In this document: piece after piece, positions 1 through 8,657 of the stretch
Layout of the letters: every line of letters starts with the position of its first letter
Numbering within the stretch: position 1 is the first letter of the stretch
Source of the DNA: a virus
Taxonomy: Duplodnaviria; Caudoviricetes
Reading direction: 5' to 3' (one strand)
Length of the DNA: 25,025 nt
IMG/VR virus record: IMGVR_UViG_3300009481_000091
Location: 1 to 25,025 of that record
Program-made: the position numbers and the translations under genes
Notes under the pieces: generated by a model
The model's input: only the letters and a program-made list of their open reading frames with translations
Databases searched by the model: none
What the model was told of the DNA's origin: nothing

Positions 1-846
1 AGAGATACAGTTGGAACTAATATGCTTTCTAGTAATACAGAAAGTGGTATTAGTGTAACTTATGATACAACAAATGATAATATAGATTTTGCAATATCCG
101 CAGCCCAAACAACAATTACTTCAATTTTAGCAACAGATGTTAAGATTGGAGAAGATGACCAAACGAAAATAGATTTTGAAACTGCTGACACAATTCATTT
201 TTATGCAGGTAATGAAAATCAATTAATTTTAACAGATGGTGCATTAACACCAGCTAGTAATGCGATTGTCGATTTAGGAACGGATGCTTTAGAATTTAAA
301 GATGCATACTTTGATGGAACTGTAGAAGCTGACGCAATTACTGTTGGTGGAACAAATATTTCTGCTATCTATAGTGCTATAGCGGGCAGTTCAAGTATTG
401 TAACAACTGGAGCATTAGACTCTGGTTCAATAACTTCTGGATTTGGAACTATTGATACTGGTTCATCAACTATTACAACAACAGGATTAATTAGTGGTGG
501 ATCATTAGATATTGATAATGTTTTAATTAATGGAACAACAATAGGACATACTGATGATACTGATTTAATGACAGTAGCTGATGGTCTATTAACAGTTGCT
601 GGTGAAATATCGGTAACTACTTTAGATATAGGTGGAACTAACGTTGGATCAACTGCAGCAGAACTTAATTTATTAGATGGTTCAGCAAAATCAACATCAT
701 CAATTACAGTAGCGGATGCGGATGCTATAATTGTAATTGATGGTACAACAACTAAACAGATTCCCGCTTCGGATATAAAAACATATGCTGCTGGTGGAGC
801 GGCAACAGTGGGTAAGGCTATAGCAATGGCTATTGTTTTTGGATAA
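1..846 (+). CDS. Tail fibre-like structural protein, C-terminal part (5' truncated by the window edge)
   Basis: The frame is open from base 1 (RDTVGTNM...), so the ATG at 22 is probably internal. The sequence is T/S/G/D-rich and beta-like, with segments resembling marine phage fibres (NTESGISVTYD, DLGTDALEFKDAYFDG, IGHTDDTDL). It ends in hydrophobic GKAIAMAIVFG. Confidence 0.7.
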   Translation, partial: RDTVGTNMLSSNTESGISVTYDTTNDNIDFAISAAQTTITSILATDVKIGEDDQTKIDFETADTIHFYAGNENQLILTDGALTPASNAIVDLGTDALEFKDAYFDGTVEADAITVGGTNISAIYSAIAGSSSIVTTGALDSGSITSGFGTIDTGSSTITTTGLISGGSLDIDNVLINGTTIGHTDDTDLMTVADGLLTVAGEISVTTLDIGGTNVGSTAAELNLLDGSAKSTSSITVADADAIIVIDGTTTKQIPASDIKTYAAGGAATVGKAIAMAIVFG

Positions 847-850
847 TTAA

Positions 851-857
851 AAGGAGG
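851..857 (+). promoter_or_regulatory. Shine-Dalgarno site AAGGAGG for the ORF at 865
   Basis: AAGGAGG lies 7 nt upstream of ATG 865. Confidence 0.8.
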
Positions 858-864
858 AAAGTAA

Positions 865-1230
865 ATGGCAACACCAGATATTATTGATGTAGCAACGATT
901 AATGGAGCGATGGTAGCAGGCGCAGTTAGTAATTCAGCACATGACATTATTGATGTAACTGCAGAACATACATTTAAAGTTAACGTTTTAGCTATTTCTA
1001 ATGTAGATGGGACAAATGATGCAACTATTTCTGTTTCCGTAAGTGCTGACAATGGTTCAAACTATTATCACCTTGCAAAAACAGTAACTGTTCCTGCTGA
1101 TTCAACTGTATACATAATAAGTAAAGATACATCTATTTATTTAGATGAAACTGATTTATTAAGAGTACAGGCTTCAGCGGCTAACATGTTAGAATATGTT
1201 TGCTCATATGAAACATTGAATGATGCATAG
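865..1230 (+). CDS. Small beta-rich virion protein (putative fibre tip or adaptor); paralog of 13306-13632
   Basis: 121 aa with a strong RBS and alternating beta pattern; aligns by eye with the 108 aa ORF (ISNxD..N..T[IV], L.K, AN.L....S). Confidence 0.6.
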   Translation: MATPDIIDVATINGAMVAGAVSNSAHDIIDVTAEHTFKVNVLAISNVDGTNDATISVSVSADNGSNYYHLAKTVTVPADSTVYIISKDTSIYLDETDLLRVQASAANMLEYVCSYETLNDA

Positions 1231-1233
1231 TAA

Positions 1234-3162
1234 ATGGCTTATCCTAACAGAACACAAGCGTCTGGCGTTTGGAAATTAAATAATTCTAATAGTGTAACGA
1301 TTAATAATCTTGCACATAAAAAGTTATATTCACAATTTCCAGATGCCGGCAATAGAGCAATTTTTTTTGCTGGCTTAGCTCCAGGAGAGTCAAATGTTAT
1401 TGATTTTATAACAATAAGCAGCACAGGTAATGCTGCTGATTTTGGAGATTTAGTTTCATCAAAATATAATCCTGGGTCATGTTCTAATGGCGTACAAGGA
1501 TTTTCATTGGGTGGATATGATGGATATCCATCTGAATCAAATGTTATAGAACATGTTCATTTTGACACTAAAGGTAATGGTGCTGACTTTGCTAATTTAA
1601 ATGTTGGTGTAGGTGCTACTAGAGGAGCATCTAATGATACAAGAGCATTAAGACTTGGTGGTGGAGATAACAGTGTTGGTTATGAAAATAGCATTGATTA
1701 TTTTACAATGTCAACAAGAGCAAATGCTGTTGATTTTGGAAATTTAACACAATCACGAGGTCAAGGTGGAGCAGTAAATAATTCTACAAGAGCAATTTCC
1801 TTTGGTGGAATTATAGCAACAAATAATAATCAAGATACCATAGATTTTCATGAAATAGCGACAACAGGAGATTTTGCTGATTTTGGTGACATGACAGCAG
1901 AAAAAAATTATCTTTCAGGATGTTCTAGTTCTACAAGAGGTCTTTTAATGGCTGGTGACATTAGCCCATCTGCAAGTAATTCAAATGTTATTGAATACAT
2001 TACTATAATGTCAAAAGGAGATGGCACGGACTTTGGTGATTTAGCTTCTGCTACAAAAGGAAGTGCTTCAACTTCAAATGCTGTAAGAGGAGTAAATGCT
2101 TTAGGAGATACTGGTAGTGCTTCAAATGTTATAAATTATGTAACAATATCTTCAACTGGTGATGCTGCAGATTTTGGCGATTTAAGTGTTGCAAGATCAA
2201 GATTAGGTGGCACTTCTGATTCACATGGTGGATTAGAAATTGGCAATCAAGGTGTAAATCCAATCGCTGGAAAAGATATGAATATACATTTATTTCCTTT
2301 TATAGAAGGAAATTTAGTTTGTTTAGGCCCTGGAGATAATAGACATTATACAACTGAATGGCTTAATATAATGACAAAAGGTAATACAATTGATTGGGGC
2401 GATTTAACAATGATAAAAAGAATATGCGCCGGTAATGCAGATTCAATAAGAGCTTTTATGCACGGTGGATATGATGCAAGTGCTAATGGTCTTAATACTA
2501 TTGAAATGTCTTTTTGGCAGCACAAAGGTGCATGGTCAGATTGGGGTGATTTAGTTTCAGCAGGTGCATACAACAGTGGAAGTATGGGTAGTTCTACTAG
2601 ATGTTTAGGTGAATATGATAATGCTATAGAATATTTTTCACCAACAACTGCTGGTAATGGAACAGATTTTGGTGATGTATCAGTTGCAAGAAGTAATGAA
2701 AATTCTAGTAATAGTGTAAGAGGATTAATGTGGGCAGGCAGTCCTGGTAGTGCAAGTCAAATGGTGGATAATATATCTTATGTGACTATTGCATCAGCAG
2801 GAGATGACACAGATTTTGGAGATGCAACAGCAGGAAGAACAAATTTAGTTGGAGCAGCAAGCTCAACTCGTTCTGTTCATGGTGGTGGTAATAATCATCC
2901 GGCAGGAAATGTAAATACAATCGAGTATGTATCCATAGCATCTACAGGAGACGGTAGTGATTTTGGAGATTTAACTGCAGCTCGAACAGACCATGATGCA
3001 GCGAGTAATAAGACTCGTGCAATATGGATGCAAGGAAATGGTGATAATGTTACTATGGATTATGTAACAATAGCTTCAACTGGAAACGCTACAGATTTTG
3101 GAGATGTTACTGATACAGGTAGGAATGCGGCAGCTACTAGTAATGGACATGGAGGATTATAA
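1234..3162 (+). CDS. DFGDL-repeat Kelch-like beta-propeller protein 1 (two six-blade domains), putative receptor-binding/virion surface protein
   Basis: 642 aa with 12 repeats of about 45-50 aa, consensus RA...GG-loop-NVIDY.TI.STGNA.DFGDL...R. Both halves end in HGGL. N-terminal YP....ASGVWKL motif. Confidence 0.75.
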   Translation: MAYPNRTQASGVWKLNNSNSVTINNLAHKKLYSQFPDAGNRAIFFAGLAPGESNVIDFITISSTGNAADFGDLVSSKYNPGSCSNGVQGFSLGGYDGYPSESNVIEHVHFDTKGNGADFANLNVGVGATRGASNDTRALRLGGGDNSVGYENSIDYFTMSTRANAVDFGNLTQSRGQGGAVNNSTRAISFGGIIATNNNQDTIDFHEIATTGDFADFGDMTAEKNYLSGCSSSTRGLLMAGDISPSASNSNVIEYITIMSKGDGTDFGDLASATKGSASTSNAVRGVNALGDTGSASNVINYVTISSTGDAADFGDLSVARSRLGGTSDSHGGLEIGNQGVNPIAGKDMNIHLFPFIEGNLVCLGPGDNRHYTTEWLNIMTKGNTIDWGDLTMIKRICAGNADSIRAFMHGGYDASANGLNTIEMSFWQHKGAWSDWGDLVSAGAYNSGSMGSSTRCLGEYDNAIEYFSPTTAGNGTDFGDVSVARSNENSSNSVRGLMWAGSPGSASQMVDNISYVTIASAGDDTDFGDATAGRTNLVGAASSTRSVHGGGNNHPAGNVNTIEYVSIASTGDGSDFGDLTAARTDHDAASNKTRAIWMQGNGDNVTMDYVTIASTGNATDFGDVTDTGRNAAATSNGHGGL

Positions 3163-3189
3163 GGTGTATAAAGGGAAAAAAGGAGTGTT

Positions 3190-4038
3190 ATGACCGAAGA
3201 ATTACAAAATGGAAAATCTAAAGAATTATCTTTAACAGAAAAAATAGGTAATTTACCTAGCTTACCAAAACAATATAAAGGCATGTTAAAACACATAGAA
3301 CAAACTATGCCTGCAATTAGGAAGTCTAGTTCTAATTTTTATAAATCACATTCTCAATTTATGGGAACAATGTTAGATGTTACAGCAATTAGCCCTATTC
3401 GTAGTGTTAAACATACACTCGCTGAAATTGATAAAACTAGAGCAGCTTTAGAAGAAGCTCATATTAATCTTCGTAAAAAAGATATTGAAATGAGGCAAAA
3501 GGAAGATCAATTAAATAATGAACCAGATGCTTTACAAAGAGAATTATTGGAAACAGAAATAATTCATTTACAAATTCAACAAAAAAATACTAACAATTCT
3601 ATGCAAGGTGCAGTTCGTAAATTATCTTACTTTACAACACAATATAAAAGTATTCTTAAAAAATTAGGTAAAGAAACAATTACTGAAGAAGAATACGAGG
3701 ATGAAGAAGAAACTTATCATATTATGACTTGTATGAAACAAGCTTTAAACGCTGCTAGAGCAAGGGGCGGTGTTATAGATGAAGGTAATTTAATATATTT
3801 GTTTGACATGGGTATTAATTCTGCTGTGGCTCAACAAGAAATTTATAGTTATCTTCAAAAAGAAAATGACATGTTAAGTAAGGGGGGAACTCCTACTCAT
3901 GAAATGACAATGCAATGGTTAGAACATTGTGTTGAAAGATTTAAAGGTGATTCGGTTAAATTTGCAGAACGAAGAGGCTTTACATTAAAAGATGATAAAT
4001 CACTTGCACAATTGGAGGATAAAACAAATGGCAAATAA
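3190..4038 (+). CDS. Hypothetical alpha-helical coiled-coil protein
   Basis: 282 aa with AAGGAG RBS upstream; E/K/Q-rich heptad region (LAEIDKTRAALEEAHINLRKKDIEMRQKEDQL) and acidic EEEYEDEEE stretch. Confidence 0.7.
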   Translation: MTEELQNGKSKELSLTEKIGNLPSLPKQYKGMLKHIEQTMPAIRKSSSNFYKSHSQFMGTMLDVTAISPIRSVKHTLAEIDKTRAALEEAHINLRKKDIEMRQKEDQLNNEPDALQRELLETEIIHLQIQQKNTNNSMQGAVRKLSYFTTQYKSILKKLGKETITEEEYEDEEETYHIMTCMKQALNAARARGGVIDEGNLIYLFDMGINSAVAQQEIYSYLQKENDMLSKGGTPTHEMTMQWLEHCVERFKGDSVKFAERRGFTLKDDKSLAQLEDKTNGK

Positions 4039-4336
4039 GATAATCAAGTATAATCTAAATGCTGACGGTACGATTCCTAACTATATTGCTGATGGGGGAT
4101 ATTTTCCTAAAGCAAATAGTAATGCATCGCCACAGGATTGGGATTTTGTTGGAGCAACAGTAGATGGCTCAGCTGAGACAGGTCTTGGTGAACTAGCTAA
4201 TGAAGCGGCAATTAAATCATATTTAGATACATATACATCAAGTTGGAAAGAAAAAGATCCTGACAACGTGAATGCTGAAATTGATTTTCGTCAAGCACAT
4301 CATGCTGGAATAGTTTGGTCTAAAAAAATAAGCTAG
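4028..4336 (+). CDS. Hypothetical protein, 102 aa (start reassigned to ATG 4028)
   Basis: GGAGGA just upstream of ATG 4028 (MANKIIKYNLNADGTIPNYIADGGYFP); overlaps the end of the previous gene. Confidence 0.7.
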   Translation: MANKIIKYNLNADGTIPNYIADGGYFPKANSNASPQDWDFVGATVDGSAETGLGELANEAAIKSYLDTYTSSWKEKDPDNVNAEIDFRQAHHAGIVWSKKIS

Positions 4337-4342
4337 GATAAA

Positions 4343-5338
4343 ATGACAAGGTATCCTACACAAGATAATGCTGGTGGCATATGGAAATTACCCGATATAG
4401 CTAATCACCATTTAGGTGGTTTTTGGCCAGACCATGGAAGTAAAGCATTAACTTCTGGTGGGTTAACTCCTAGTGTTTCTAACGTTATAGATTTTTTTAC
4501 TATATCAACAACGGGTAATGCATCAGACTTTGGAGATTTACATACAGGTTTACAAGGTGCAGCAGATTTTAGTAGCAAGACACATCATTTTTCAGCAGGA
4601 GGATCAACTCCTACTGGTGTTAATAATATACAGTTTGTTGCTTTTGCATCTACAGGAAATGCAGCAGATTTTGGAGATTGCACTGTTGTTAGAGTTAATA
4701 ATGGTGGAGCATCAAATTCTACTAGAGGTATAAGTGTTGGAGGAGCAGATTCTGCAACTAATGCAAATGTTATGGATTATGTTACAATGCAATCCACAGG
4801 TAATGCTTTAGATTTTGGAGATTTATCAACTTCAAGAAATAATACAACTGGAGCAAGTAATCCAACAAGAGCTTTATATGCAGGTGGATATAGAAGTGGT
4901 TTGTGTACAGACATGGATATTGTTACTATAGCAACATTGGGTAATGCTTTAGATTTTGGAGACTTACTTGGTAATAACGGAAATTTTGGAGCATCTACTA
5001 ATTCATATAGAGGTGTTTTTAGTGGAGGAGCAAATCCTGGTGAAGTAAATGTAATACAATATTTCACTTTTCAATCAGCAGGTAATGCTATGGATTTTGG
5101 TGATTTAATAACAGCTAGAAGTGGAATGATGGGAACATCAAGTGGGCCAAGAGGTGTTGCAATAGGTGGTGTTGTTTCTGGAACAAATAAAAATGAAATA
5201 GAATATTTTACTATGACTACTTGTGGTGATGGTACTGATTTTGGTGATTTATCCGTAGCAAGAAGAGAGGCGTCTTCATCATCAGATTCACATGGTGGAT
5301 TAGCAAATGGTGCAGATAGGAGTTCATTGTTACAATGA
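4343..5338 (+). CDS. DFGDL-repeat Kelch-like beta-propeller protein 2 (single six-blade domain)
   Basis: 331 aa with six DFGD[LC] repeats, N-terminal YP....AGGIWKL and SDSHGGL near the C-terminus. Confidence 0.75.
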   Translation: MTRYPTQDNAGGIWKLPDIANHHLGGFWPDHGSKALTSGGLTPSVSNVIDFFTISTTGNASDFGDLHTGLQGAADFSSKTHHFSAGGSTPTGVNNIQFVAFASTGNAADFGDCTVVRVNNGGASNSTRGISVGGADSATNANVMDYVTMQSTGNALDFGDLSTSRNNTTGASNPTRALYAGGYRSGLCTDMDIVTIATLGNALDFGDLLGNNGNFGASTNSYRGVFSGGANPGEVNVIQYFTFQSAGNAMDFGDLITARSGMMGTSSGPRGVAIGGVVSGTNKNEIEYFTMTTCGDGTDFGDLSVARREASSSSDSHGGLANGADRSSLLQ

Positions 5339-7257
5339 GTGTTTGGAATTTAAGAGATGTAGCTACAATTAAAATGTCTGGAATACAGACTTGGTCTGCT
5401 GGTAGACAGCAATCAGTGTATGACTATGAAAATGGACGACTAGCAATAGATAATACTTCACTTGGTGATAGAGCATTAATGTTAGGAGGACAAAGTTCAC
5501 CTGCTAATCAAAATGTAATTGATTATATTCAAACAAGAACTACTGGCCAAGCAGTTGATTTTGGAGATTTAACAAGGGCTACTGCTGAAGCTGTGTCTAA
5601 CAATGATTGGACAATTGCTACTCATAATATGTCAAATGTTATAGATTTTATTACTATGTCTACAACAGGTAATGCCACTGATTTTGGCGATGAAAAAAAT
5701 AGTGTAGGTAATGGTGGAAATTGGAGTAGTAATGTAAGAGGATTTAGTGGTATTGGAACTGAAACACCAGACATATCAAGTTTTGTTTTTTCAACTAAAG
5801 GAAATTCAGAAGAATGGTCAGATTTATCTACTGCAGGAACAAGAAATCATTCTGGTTCATCAAGTAATACAAGGGCAGTTATAACAGGAACGTTTTCTGG
5901 TTCTGACCCTGGAACTGATGATATGTTAGATTTTTCTCTTGCACATCAAGGAATAGTATCATCTTTTGGAGATTTAACAGCAGTTAAAACATATTGTGGT
6001 GGTGCGTCTTCTGGAACAAGAGGATTAGCCGCAGGAGGTAATGTACATCCATCAAATTCTCTTGGTACAATAGATACTTTTAATTTTAATACACGAGGAA
6101 ATGGGTCAGATTTTGGAGATTTAACATCCACAAGAAGTGGAAATGCAGGTGTAGGTGCTGGAGTTCATGCTGTCTTTATGGGAGGTCATACAAGAATAAG
6201 TGGTACAAATACTGTTAAAACAACTATTGATAGAACAATATTTTCTACTACAGGCAGTTGTGCAGATTTTGGAGATTTAACAGTTGCAAGGCAATATCCT
6301 CCAGGTGCAGGACAATCAAATGGTCATTTACATGATTATTTAGCACATCAGTATTTAAGAGAAGGACATTATCCAGATTATGAAATGGGTAATATAATAA
6401 TTTTAGGCCCAGGAGATAGTGCTGATTATACTATATCTTATGCCAATGTAATGACAAAAGGTAATGCAACTGAATTTGGAGATACTTCATCAGATATAAA
6501 ACACTTATGCGGAATGGGTGCAGATGCTACTAAAGCAGTTTTTTCAAATGGTTATGATAGTGGTAATAATCAATCAAATGGAATAGAATATGTGGTGGTT
6601 TCTTCTAAAGGCAATTCAGCAAGTTGGGGAGATTCAACAATAACTGGTCTTCATAGCCGTGGTTTTGGAAATACAACTAGAGGTGTTTTTAGTCACACTG
6701 ATGCCGCAGACCGTTCAATAGATTATATAACTTGGGCAACTTTAGGTAATGCTGCAGACTTTGGAGATGGAACTGAAGGCGGACAACATGGTGCTCATAG
6801 TAGTTCTACTCGTGGTTTAATGGCAGGAGGAACTGGTGGTAGTGCTGCTCAAAATCATAATGTAGTTGAATATGTAACTATTGCTAGTACAGGAAACGCT
6901 ACTGACTTTGGAGATTTATCTGGAAACAGATATAATTCACAAGGTTGTGGAAGTGACACAAGAGCTTTGTTTGGTGGAGGTTCTGACCATCCGGCAGGAA
7001 ATGTAAATACAATTGATTATTTTACTATTGCTAGTACTGGTGACGCAAGTGACTTTGGTGATTTGACGGCTGCTAGAACAGACCATGCTTCTGCTGGTAA
7101 TAGAATTAGAGGATTATGGGTAAATGGTAATGGAGATAATGAAGTTATGGATTTTGTTACTGTAGCAACTACTGGCAATGCTGCAGATTTCGGTGATGTA
7201 TTTGATAATAGACGGAATGCAAATGCAGCTTGTAATGGTCACGGAGGATTGCATTAA
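5335..7257 (+). CDS. DFGDL-repeat Kelch-like beta-propeller protein 3 (two six-blade domains)
   Basis: 640 aa, ATGA overlap with the previous gene, 12 repeats (some degenerate: EEWSDL, SSFGDL, SWGDS), N-terminal MSVWNL, ends NGHGGLH. Confidence 0.75.
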   Translation: MSVWNLRDVATIKMSGIQTWSAGRQQSVYDYENGRLAIDNTSLGDRALMLGGQSSPANQNVIDYIQTRTTGQAVDFGDLTRATAEAVSNNDWTIATHNMSNVIDFITMSTTGNATDFGDEKNSVGNGGNWSSNVRGFSGIGTETPDISSFVFSTKGNSEEWSDLSTAGTRNHSGSSSNTRAVITGTFSGSDPGTDDMLDFSLAHQGIVSSFGDLTAVKTYCGGASSGTRGLAAGGNVHPSNSLGTIDTFNFNTRGNGSDFGDLTSTRSGNAGVGAGVHAVFMGGHTRISGTNTVKTTIDRTIFSTTGSCADFGDLTVARQYPPGAGQSNGHLHDYLAHQYLREGHYPDYEMGNIIILGPGDSADYTISYANVMTKGNATEFGDTSSDIKHLCGMGADATKAVFSNGYDSGNNQSNGIEYVVVSSKGNSASWGDSTITGLHSRGFGNTTRGVFSHTDAADRSIDYITWATLGNAADFGDGTEGGQHGAHSSSTRGLMAGGTGGSAAQNHNVVEYVTIASTGNATDFGDLSGNRYNSQGCGSDTRALFGGGSDHPAGNVNTIDYFTIASTGDASDFGDLTAARTDHASAGNRIRGLWVNGNGDNEVMDFVTVATTGNAADFGDVFDNRRNANAACNGHGGLH

Positions 7258-8041
7258 ACAAATAAATTTTCTTGTGGGCTTACCACGAGCAGGCAATACT
7301 TTATTTGGTTCTATAATGAATCAAAATCCAAAGGTAGCCGTCACTGCAAATAGTATTGTTAATGACATTTGTAGAGAGATAGAAAAATTAAAACGTTCAG
7401 ATACTTTTAAAAATTTTCCTTACCATGAATCTTTTGACAATATATGTAAAAACATATTTGCTACCTATTATAAAAATTGGAATTACGATTTTATTATAGA
7501 TAGAGGAACTTGGGGGTGCCCCCCAAATTTAAAATTTCTTCAAGACTATTTTGATGGTGAAATAAAAATAATTATTTTAGTTCGTAAGGTTGAAGAAATA
7601 TTACAATCATTTCTTAAACACGCACGCGAAAATAAAGATTCATTTGTAAATCAATTTTGGGCAAAAACAGATGAAGAAAAATGTCAAATGTTATTAAACA
7701 AGGATGGATTAATAGTACGCGAATTAATCGGTGTTCATCATATAACACAATTAGATAAAAATAAACATTATGGTCATATCATTGAATATGATAATTTAAT
7801 AAATAAGCCAAAAGAAACAATGGACAGCGTATATAAATTTTTAAACATACCTCCATTTAAACATAATTTTGATACATTTGAACAATTTTCTATTCAGGAT
7901 CAATCTTATGATGATATCATTGTTGGTAAAAATTTGCATAAAATTAGAGAAAAAGGATTATCTAAAACCACCCATAGACCTTTACCTAAAAGTGTGGTAA
8001 AAGAGTGTAAGAATTTAAATTTGTGGAGAAATTATGAATGA
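7235..8041 (+). CDS. PAPS-dependent sulfotransferase (Sulfotransfer_3-like); start uncertain (ATG 7178, ATG 7235 or ATT 7253)
   Basis: 5'-PSB loop FLVGLPRAGNTL, 3'-PB-like IIILVRKVEEILQS (R-x7-S) and late IEYDNL...P......VYKFL motif. Confidence 0.85.
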   Translation: MVTEDCIKQINFLVGLPRAGNTLFGSIMNQNPKVAVTANSIVNDICREIEKLKRSDTFKNFPYHESFDNICKNIFATYYKNWNYDFIIDRGTWGCPPNLKFLQDYFDGEIKIIILVRKVEEILQSFLKHARENKDSFVNQFWAKTDEEKCQMLLNKDGLIVRELIGVHHITQLDKNKHYGHIIEYDNLINKPKETMDSVYKFLNIPPFKHNFDTFEQFSIQDQSYDDIIVGKNLHKIREKGLSKTTHRPLPKSVVKECKNLNLWRNYE

Positions 8042-8657
8042 AGAAATTATGGGGATTTTCCCTGTTCCAGTATACATATCAAAATATGAAAAAGATATAT
8101 CTAAAGAATTAAATTTTATTAAAAATATTAGTTACATAGATAATGGTAAAAATGGTAACTTTAAATCTGTTAATACTTTCATATTAAAATCTGAAGAATT
8201 AAAAGAATTAAATGAATTTATATTAGAACAGTTAAATATTTATGTAAAAAAAATAATAATGTCAAATGACACATTATTACCAACCATATCGTGGACAAAT
8301 AAAAATCCTAAAGGAAGCAAACACCATGAGCATTTGCATCCTAACAGCATTGTAAGTGGAGTATTTTATTTCAATGTAAGTCATTCATCACCCATTACAT
8401 TTCACAAAGCTGATTTTGGTGGAATGAAATTAAATCATACTACATATAATGAATACAATAATGGGTCATTTGCTGTTAAAGTAAATACTGGAGAGTTGAT
8501 ATTATTTCCTTCCACAACTAGACATTCTGTTCCTATAAATACGTTAGATGATACACGTTATAGTTTATCGTTTAACACATTCACTTCTTCTCAAATAGGC
8601 AGTACAGACCAATTAACATATTTAAACTTAAAGGAGATCGCTAATGCAAGTTCTTGA
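8034..8657 (+). CDS. 2OG-Fe(II) oxygenase, TIGR02466 / 2OG-FeII_Oxy_5-like
   Basis: IFPVPVY N-terminus, W.N.N..G..HHEHLHPNS..SGVFY, GELILFPS...H.V and RYSLSFN motifs. Confidence 0.85.
   Translation: MNEEIMGIFPVPVYISKYEKDISKELNFIKNISYIDNGKNGNFKSVNTFILKSEELKELNEFILEQLNIYVKKIIMSNDTLLPTISWTNKNPKGSKHHEHLHPNSIVSGVFYFNVSHSSPITFHKADFGGMKLNHTTYNEYNNGSFAVKVNTGELILFPSTTRHSVPINTLDDTRYSLSFNTFTSSQIGSTDQLTYLNLKEIANASS

Noticed and set aside
369-1052. 227 aa minus-strand ORF
   Set aside because: Antisense shadow of two well-supported + strand genes, with no recognisable motif.
1435-7200. Recurrent gattttggagattta-like DNA motif as a CRISPR array
   Set aside because: Copies are degenerate at third codon positions, spaced roughly 120-160 nt apart and in frame as DFGDL; there are no cas genes.
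2896-7254. Diversity-generating retroelement TR/VR pair
   Set aside because: Both copies are within coding genes, differences are not confined to adenines, and no reverse transcriptase is present in the window.
7510-7526. GC-rich hairpin ttggggg-tgc-cccccaa as a terminator
   Set aside because: It lies inside the sulfotransferase CDS, is explained by W-G-C-P-P codons, has only a 3-nt loop and has no clear U-tract on either strand.
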